A DNA stretch of 33,071 nt from a virus (taxonomy: Duplodnaviria; Caudoviricetes), in the IMG/VR virus record IMGVR_UViG_3300048121_002246, positions 1 through 33,071 of that record; one strand, written 5' to 3'. The position numbers and the translations under genes were made by a program. The notes below the pieces were generated by a model. The model made no database searches. It worked only from the letters and a program-made list of their open reading frames with translations, and was not told where the DNA came from. Shown here piece by piece: positions 32,737 to 33,071 of the stretch (position 1 is its first letter; each line of letters starts with the position of its first letter).

Positions 32737-33071
32737 GAGTGTCCAATATAGTTAAGGGTTAATCTTACAGATCCATCTGCGGATGCATTGATCTGCTCAG
32801 AAACTAAAGAAGCTTTAGGTATTGATAATGTCTGTAGATTAGTGCCATCTCGACCTTTGACAGAAAAAGATAGAGTCTTATCTGATCTACCTTCTTCAAA
32901 AAAACTAAAACCACTGGCTAAAAATATATCATCCACATCTATTTGAACAGAAGCATTATACTCAATAGGGTTTACATGTTTTACCTCCACAGGGGTTTCA
33001 GATCCTATAGTATAGTATGGGATTTTCTTTACAGATAATGAGTAATCAAAACCTAAAACCCTATTAGTACT
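32733..33071 (-). CDS. Partial (5' end outside the window) tail-tube-like structural protein
   Basis: The frame is open from 33071 (STNRVLGFDYSLSVKKIPYYTIGSETPVEV...), so the track's start at 32990 is internal. The motif resembles the repeats in 30678-31778. Confidence 0.6.
   Translation of the reverse strand, partial: STNRVLGFDYSLSVKKIPYYTIGSETPVEVKHVNPIEYNASVQIDVDDIFLASGFSFFEEGRSDKTLSFSVKGRDGTNLQTLSIPKASLVSEQINASADGSVRLTLNYIGHS

Noticed and set aside
1-33071. Stop-codon reassignment (alternative genetic code)
   Set aside because: TAA, TAG (e.g. dnaE, gmd) and TGA (e.g. nrdA, dnaB) all end conserved proteins at their expected C-termini, and coding density is high with the standard code.
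1-33071. Bacterial chromosome segment (dnaE, dnaB, recA, clp, gmd, nrdAB, ssb)
   Set aside because: The homologs are divergent and compact, packed with phage-type hypothetical and tail genes, and no ribosomal or other core cellular genes are present. No integrase or att site was seen, so there is also no evidence for a prophage.
1-33071. tRNA, rRNA or transposable elements
   Set aside because: Intergenic gaps are too short or lack cloverleaf and T-loop signatures. No transposase motifs or terminal inverted repeats were seen.

Overview
This window is a gene-dense, AT-rich segment of a large tailed dsDNA bacteriophage, most likely aquatic; the host cannot be determined from the sequence. Most genes are on the - strand. 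It contains: (i) a replication/recombination module with a Pol III alpha split into three genes (PHP / DEDDh exonuclease / catalytic core), DnaB, DnaG, a RecA-like protein, a Rad52-like annealase, a Cas4/AddB-like nuclease and SSB; (ii) a ClpA/C-type ATPase and an Hsp20; (iii) a ribonucleotide reductase whose beta subunit has the ligand pattern of Mn-dependent class Id; (iv) many glycosyltransferases (GT4, split GT9, GT10 fucosyltransferase, GT25, exostosin-like) plus GDP-mannose 4,6-dehydratase; (v) a phage sigma factor beside a divergent, repeat-containing, AT-rich region that may be a replication origin; (vi) the end of a tail operon. The most notable observations are a stand-alone Hfq/Sm-like gene with its own promoter and terminator, a Whirly-like ssDNA-binding candidate, the three-gene Pol III, a GT9 split by one in-frame stop, a recurring leaderless sigma70-type promoter layout, and a GTGTAAA motif that may be read by the phage sigma factor. 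All family calls come from motif recognition by eye; no searches were run.
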